Virus record (IMG/VR): IMGVR_UViG_3300017917_003143
Coordinates: 62,001-126,000 of that record
Reading direction: 5' to 3' (one strand)
DNA length: 64,000 bases
In this document: positions 59,135 through 64,000 of the stretch, piece after piece
Layout: each line of letters begins with the position of its first letter
How positions within the stretch are numbered: the stretch's first letter is position 1
The notes under the pieces: model-generated
What the model was told of the DNA's origin: nothing
Databases searched by the model: none
Seen by the model: only the letters and a program-made list of their open reading frames with translations
Translations under genes and position numbers: made by a program

Positions 59135-61388
59135 AATTGAACAGATCCTGGCGCAGGCGCAGAAATTAGCTCGTGCCAAACGACACGAATATGTCACGCT
59201 GGAGCATCTTGCATTGGCCCTGGTACGCCACGCACCTTTTAATACTGTGCTGAAAAAATTTGGCATCATGACCGATGCCCTGGACAATGATTTTGAGATG
59301 TACATCGATAGCCAGATACATCTCAAGTTAGAAGAAGATGCCGATCCCAAGAAAACCAATGCTCTCGAGCGTGTGTTTAATCGTGCCTTGACACAGGTGC
59401 TGTTCACGGGGCGCAGGCAAGTGACCACTATCGATCTGTGGTTGGCCATCATGAACGAAAGCAACAGCCATGCTCATTACTATTTCCTGAAGTATGGCTT
59501 GGACAAGAAAACATTCATTGATTTCTGGCAACAAAACTACTCTACCAAGGGTGGGGTGATCACCGACGAGCAAGCAGACGAGATCCTGGAAGAACACTGT
59601 GTCAACCTCAGCCAGAAGGCCAAAGAAAACAAGCTGGAGCCCTTGATTGGACGAAGCACAGAGCTCAACGAAATCATCACTGTGCTGGCCAAGAAGTTTA
59701 AATCCAACGTGCTCATGGTAGGCGACCCTGGCGTGGGTAAAACTGCCATCGCTGAAGGCCTGGCCACCATGATCCAGCAGGGTAATGTGCCTGAGTTCTT
59801 GAAAGACCACGAAGTATGGTCGTTGGAGATTGGCAGTTTGTTGGCAGGAAGCAAGTATCGCGGAGAGTTTGAAGAAAAGCTCAAAGAAGTGATCATGGCC
59901 CTGGAACAAAAGAAAAACGTTGTGCTGTTTATTGACGAAGCACACACCATGCGTGGTGCCGGAAGTTCCAGCAGTTCCACCCTGGACTTTGCCAACATGA
60001 TCAAACCTGCTATCACCAAAGGTATACTCAAAGTCATTGCATCGACTACATGGGAAGAGTACTACGAGAGCTTTGAAAAGGATCGTGCGCTGATGCGTCG
60101 TTTCTATAGAGTAAGCATCGATGAGCCAGATGCCGCAACCACTGTGCGCATCCTGACAGGACTGCAACCTCGCTTGGAAGAGTTCCACAATGTCACTATT
60201 GATTCCAAGGCCATTGATCGTGCAGTTGAGCTGGCTACTCGCTATCTACATGACAAAAAGAATCCTGACAAATCCATTGATTTAGTTGACGCGGCCTGTG
60301 CCCGTGAACGTGTAAAGGACCTTGGCAAGATCTCGATCACAGCAGAAATGATACAAGACCAAGTGGGTCGAGTAGCCAACATTCCAGCAGATCGTGTCAA
60401 GAACGATGTCAACGCTAAAATCGTAGAGTTGGATTCAAACATCAAACAACGACTGTATGGACAGGACCAAGTGGTCGACAGTGTGCTGGAACGTATCTAT
60501 GTCAACTACGCAGGTATTGGCAGCCAGAAACGTCCGGTAGGCTGTTTCTTGTTCCTGGGCCCAACAGGTACAGGTAAGACAGAGCTGGCCAAGTTACTGG
60601 CAGAGAATCTCGACATGCACATGCTACGCTATGACATGAGCGAGTATCAGGATCGCCACACAGTGAGTTCGTTGTTGGGTGCGCCTCCGGGATTCGTGGG
60701 CTATGATGACAGCCAACTGGGCGGCGGCAAGCTGATCAATGACTTGAGCAAGCATCCATTCTCAGTGATGCTGTTTGACGAAATTGAAAAAGCACATCCT
60801 GATGTGGCCAACATCTTCCTGCAGATGATGGACGAAGGTACCATCACAGGTAGCAATGGCAAAAAGGTTGATGTCAAGAACTGTATCATCATCATGACAT
60901 CTAACTTGGGCGCACGAGACAACGAAAACAACAACATCGGTTTTGGCCAGAGCTTGGAAAAGTCAGGTGAGGAAGACCGTGCCATGAAAGAATATTTCAA
61001 GCCCGAACTACGAAATCGTCTAGACTTGATTTGCAAGTTCAACAAGCTGGATACCCTGTCAATCAAGAAAGTAGTGGTCAAGTTTGTAGACGAACTCAAG
61101 CGCAGTCTAGCAGATCGCCAGATCACCCTGGTGCTCACAGAATCCATGATCGATCATTTGGTCAGTGTGGGTTATGATCCCAAGATGGGTGCCCGTCCAT
61201 TGGGCCGCAAGATCGACGAACTGATCAAAGTTCCGCTGAGTAAGAAGATCTTGTTTGAACGCTTGAAAGATTGTGCAGTCACAGTTGACTGGAACAATGA
61301 CGCTGTGGTGTTTTCACACTCCACAGACAATGCCACACCAGTGGTAGACAAAGATGGAATCATAGTCCTTGAACAACCGAAATCTTGA
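59118..61388 (+). CDS. clpA: ATP-dependent Clp protease ATPase subunit
   Basis: Clp N domain, two Walker A motifs (GDPGVGKT, GPTGTGKT), IGF loop (NIGFG). Confidence 0.93.
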   Translation: MQQNPEIEQILAQAQKLARAKRHEYVTLEHLALALVRHAPFNTVLKKFGIMTDALDNDFEMYIDSQIHLKLEEDADPKKTNALERVFNRALTQVLFTGRRQVTTIDLWLAIMNESNSHAHYYFLKYGLDKKTFIDFWQQNYSTKGGVITDEQADEILEEHCVNLSQKAKENKLEPLIGRSTELNEIITVLAKKFKSNVLMVGDPGVGKTAIAEGLATMIQQGNVPEFLKDHEVWSLEIGSLLAGSKYRGEFEEKLKEVIMALEQKKNVVLFIDEAHTMRGAGSSSSSTLDFANMIKPAITKGILKVIASTTWEEYYESFEKDRALMRRFYRVSIDEPDAATTVRILTGLQPRLEEFHNVTIDSKAIDRAVELATRYLHDKKNPDKSIDLVDAACARERVKDLGKISITAEMIQDQVGRVANIPADRVKNDVNAKIVELDSNIKQRLYGQDQVVDSVLERIYVNYAGIGSQKRPVGCFLFLGPTGTGKTELAKLLAENLDMHMLRYDMSEYQDRHTVSSLLGAPPGFVGYDDSQLGGGKLINDLSKHPFSVMLFDEIEKAHPDVANIFLQMMDEGTITGSNGKKVDVKNCIIIMTSNLGARDNENNNIGFGQSLEKSGEEDRAMKEYFKPELRNRLDLICKFNKLDTLSIKKVVVKFVDELKRSLADRQITLVLTESMIDHLVSVGYDPKMGARPLGRKIDELIKVPLSKKILFERLKDCAVTVDWNNDAVVFSHSTDNATPVVDKDGIIVLEQPKS

Positions 61389-62052
61389 TATAAAAACAGT
61401 CAGCAAAGACCGTTTTTTCTTTGACCAGTACGAATACTGTTTCAATTTTAAATTGGAAGAGTTGAGTGCTCTCCGCGAACTCGATCATGATCACATAGAT
61501 CGAGAGCTGGAGCATAGATCTGTATGGCGACAAAGAAATCCCAATTTCGGTGGGTCTTGGCGCGGACGCCGTGGCGAAATCACAGATCAAAATCGAGTCA
61601 ATTGCCACGCACTGTGTGACTACCTACTGGCACAACAAAACTACAAGTTAGTGATCTACGGGGACTGGGGCTATGTGTACAGCAGTGATCTGTCTATGTT
61701 GAGAAACATGGAACGATTGAGCTATCTGCGTCCTGTGAGCATGAAACGTGTGGTGATAGATCTGCCCAGAGACAGCATACTGATCAGATCCAGCGAGCAT
61801 GAATGGCGCAGTTATTTTCGTGCTGGGCGCATCACTGATCAGCAGAAAGAATCATTGCGTAATTTCCTACACAGCCAGGAAGACATACGCATCGGACCGG
61901 GGCTAAAGAGATTTTTTACCAATTCCAGCAATCATCATTATATCAATGATAATATGTTTATTGATCATAATGGACGGGGCATCGTCATGATGCTGGGCCT
62001 TATTTTTCCCAAGGCCATAAGAAAAACCCTAAAACTCGTACGCGATAAATAA
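61369..62052 (+). CDS. Hypothetical protein
   Basis: ORF track. Confidence 0.5.
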   Translation: MNNRNLDIKTVSKDRFFFDQYEYCFNFKLEELSALRELDHDHIDRELEHRSVWRQRNPNFGGSWRGRRGEITDQNRVNCHALCDYLLAQQNYKLVIYGDWGYVYSSDLSMLRNMERLSYLRPVSMKRVVIDLPRDSILIRSSEHEWRSYFRAGRITDQQKESLRNFLHSQEDIRIGPGLKRFFTNSSNHHYINDNMFIDHNGRGIVMMLGLIFPKAIRKTLKLVRDK

Positions 62053-62219
62053 TTGACTATGGCAAAATTACACGAAGAAATCATTGTAGTCAAAGTCAGC
62101 AAATTGCTCAAGGACAGTGAACAAGCCGCACCCATCATGAGTCCAGAAACAGTGGCCAGTTTAGAAGCAGTAATTCAAGAACTAGCTGGGCAAGCGGTGC
62201 TGGTTGAGATTGCGACAGA

Positions 62220-62582
62220 ATGAAAACCACAGATTTAACTCTGTTACCCTTGACCGTTTATGGAACACCTTCGGGCAACTATGACGGCAGTTCCGACACG
62301 GATTTCGCAGGCGAACGTCAAAAAGCAGTGGACTACTATCGTAGACGCACAGGATTGCAGTCTGTGAGATTTATCACAGCTGGATTCGAAGGCACTATCA
62401 CCATACAAGCCACATTAGACGCTGATCCACAGGATGACGCAGATTGGTTTGATGTTTATGAATTATCAGGGCCTGTTACCACGGATGTTAGTTATCCTAT
62501 CAAGGGCAACTTTACTTGGATACGAGCGTCAGTATCAGGATTCGTCGGCGGCGAAATCACTTCAGTCACTGTCACATATTAA
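62220..62582 (+). CDS. Hypothetical late (probably virion) protein
   Basis: Beta-rich; follows a small late ORF at 62059-62223. Confidence 0.55.
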   Translation: MKTTDLTLLPLTVYGTPSGNYDGSSDTDFAGERQKAVDYYRRRTGLQSVRFITAGFEGTITIQATLDADPQDDADWFDVYELSGPVTTDVSYPIKGNFTWIRASVSGFVGGEITSVTVTY

Positions 62583-62585
62583 CAC

Positions 62586-63020
62586 ATGGAAAAAGTAAAA
62601 TTAAGTCTGGATGTCATCAATTCCTCAGAATTCCATAATATAGGTATAGAATTGTGGCTGGACAAAACAAAATTTTTTGATAATACTGTGAGTCCAGGCA
62701 CACATCATATCATACACGAATTTGAAAGCGACAACAGCGATCATTATCTTAAAATAACACTCAAAAATAAAACCGACCAGCACACTAAAATCAACGAATC
62801 AGGAGAAATCATTTCTGATGCGCTGATCAATATTTCCAACTTAAACTTAGATGAAATAAACATCGATCAGCTCCTGTACGACAAAGGCGAATATATCCAC
62901 AATGGTAACGGTAGTAAAACCATCGCCATACATCCATTTTATGGGGACATGGGGTGCAACGGTCATGTACAACTGAAATTTTCTACTCCAGTGTATCTCT
63001 GGTTGTTAGAGAATATGTAA
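62586..63020 (+). CDS. Hypothetical protein, similar to 979..1503 and 8806..9273
   Basis: Similar layout: ...L.I.L.NKT..hT...G....D.A..I..I... Confidence 0.45.
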   Translation: MEKVKLSLDVINSSEFHNIGIELWLDKTKFFDNTVSPGTHHIIHEFESDNSDHYLKITLKNKTDQHTKINESGEIISDALINISNLNLDEINIDQLLYDKGEYIHNGNGSKTIAIHPFYGDMGCNGHVQLKFSTPVYLWLLENM

Positions 63021-63036
63021 ATCCATAAATACTGGT

Positions 63037-64000
63037 ATGAAAAAATTAGTGATCATCCCTGGTGGATTCCACCCCTATCATGCAGGGCACAAAGCACTGT
63101 ATGATGCCGCACGTGAAGCATTTCCGTCTGCTGATGTCTATGTGGCAGCCACAGATGATACCACAGGACGTCCGTTCCCATTTCGAACAAAGAAATTCTT
63201 GGCCCAGCAGGCAGGCATTCCGGGCAATAGATTTATCCAGGTAAAATCACCTTTCAGTGCTGAAGAAATCACACAGCATTTTGACCCTACGGAAACACAG
63301 TTGATTTTTGTGCGTTCAGAAAAAGATCGCGACCAGAATCCACAGCCTGGACAACCAGGACAGATCGTCACCCGTGGACCACGCAAGGGCATGGCTCCTT
63401 ATTTGCAGCCATACAAGCGCAACGGACTACAACCCATGAAAGATCATGCTTACATGACTTACTTGCCCACTGTGCAGTTTGGTCCTGGCATGACATCGGC
63501 CACAGAAATACGTGCCAAATGGCCTACCATGGATGCCAAACAAAAGGCCGCACTAGCTGGAGTTTTGTATCCTTTGGCTGCCGACAACGAAGCCAAGATA
63601 GCCAAGATAGTAGAAATACTGGACACAGTCATGGGCGGAACTCCAGAAAAAACAGTAGACGAAGCTGTGTTGGTAAATGATCCTGACGCAGGACACCAAA
63701 TCATACCTGATGGTGGCATGGGTACCTGGGACGAAGCTTCCATGGTTTCTAATCTTTCTCGCAAGTTCGCCGACATGGTCAACATGGTCAAGAACAAAAA
63801 CTACACCGGACTACAGTATGTACTGTACAAGGGCGGTGTGGTCAAGAGCTTGGTAGATGCCCTAGCTGAATACGAAGTGTTCATGCAAAAACAAGGCCGC
63901 AGACCCATAGCACGTGGTCGTGAAATAGACATGGGCAAAACTGGAGTGGCCGAGCGTGTGCGTATGCGCATGCCCGTGGACGAAGCTCCGGACTATATCG
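63037..64000 (+). CDS. HxGH nucleotidyl/cytidylyltransferase-like protein, 3' truncated (not in the ORF track)
   Basis: MKKLVIIPGGFHPYHAGH; SATEIR; no stop seen in my translation of the 5' part. Confidence 0.8.
   Translation, partial: MKKLVIIPGGFHPYHAGHKALYDAAREAFPSADVYVAATDDTTGRPFPFRTKKFLAQQAGIPGNRFIQVKSPFSAEEITQHFDPTETQLIFVRSEKDRDQNPQPGQPGQIVTRGPRKGMAPYLQPYKRNGLQPMKDHAYMTYLPTVQFGPGMTSATEIRAKWPTMDAKQKAALAGVLYPLAADNEAKIAKIVEILDTVMGGTPEKTVDEAVLVNDPDAGHQIIPDGGMGTWDEASMVSNLSRKFADMVNMVKNKNYTGLQYVLYKGGVVKSLVDALAEYEVFMQKQGRRPIARGREIDMGKTGVAERVRMRMPVDEAPDYI

Noticed and set aside
270-63797. Many long opposite-strand or alternate-frame ORFs in the track (e.g. 270..1001, 2902..3384, 59328..60188, 63459..63797)
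   Set aside because: They shadow well-supported genes, lack motifs and SDs, and are expected from codon bias
1-64000. CRISPR array, tRNA or rRNA genes
   Set aside because: No regularly spaced repeats or cloverleaf/T-loop signatures were seen in the intergenic gaps, which are short; a tRNAscan-SE run would be decisive
1-64000. Stop-codon reassignment as in some large phages
   Set aside because: Recognisable genes are full length under the standard code, with no in-frame stops

Overview
The window is a gene-dense 64 kb segment of a large T4-like (myovirus-type) phage genome. The host is probably a freshwater proteobacterium, inferred from the host-like FdxA, ErpA, desaturase and phasin-like genes. 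Layout: (i) 1-10 kb, envelope/metabolic and proteolysis genes (amidinotransferase, fatty-acid desaturase, phasin-like protein, lipoprotein operon, two ClpP, radical SAM, GNAT); (ii) 10-31 kb, an early region of many small ORFs driven by about 12 near-consensus GGTTGACC-N17/18-TATAAT promoters, five of them preceded by a conserved RGTTAGT-N4-ACTAACY palindrome; (iii) 29.7-33.4 kb, auxiliary genes (NadE, FdxA, IF-1, SOD, ErpA); (iv) 33.4-47.6 kb, tail fibre and baseplate genes; (v) 47.6-64 kb, MazG-like, DnaE fragment, GroES, clamp loader, PhoH, a complete lysis cassette (GH19 endolysin, i-spanin with embedded o-spanin, holin), DnaJ, PDF, ClpA and a truncated HxGH nucleotidyltransferase. The main candidates for new biology are the stem-loop/promoter cassettes, a DGQHR(ParB/Srx-like)+HNH two-gene module bracketed by those cassettes, a ROSE-like RNA thermometer, and apparently systematic leaderless transcription. 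No tRNA, CRISPR array, integrase or reverse transcriptase was recognised. All protein calls rest on motif recognition by eye, not on database searches.
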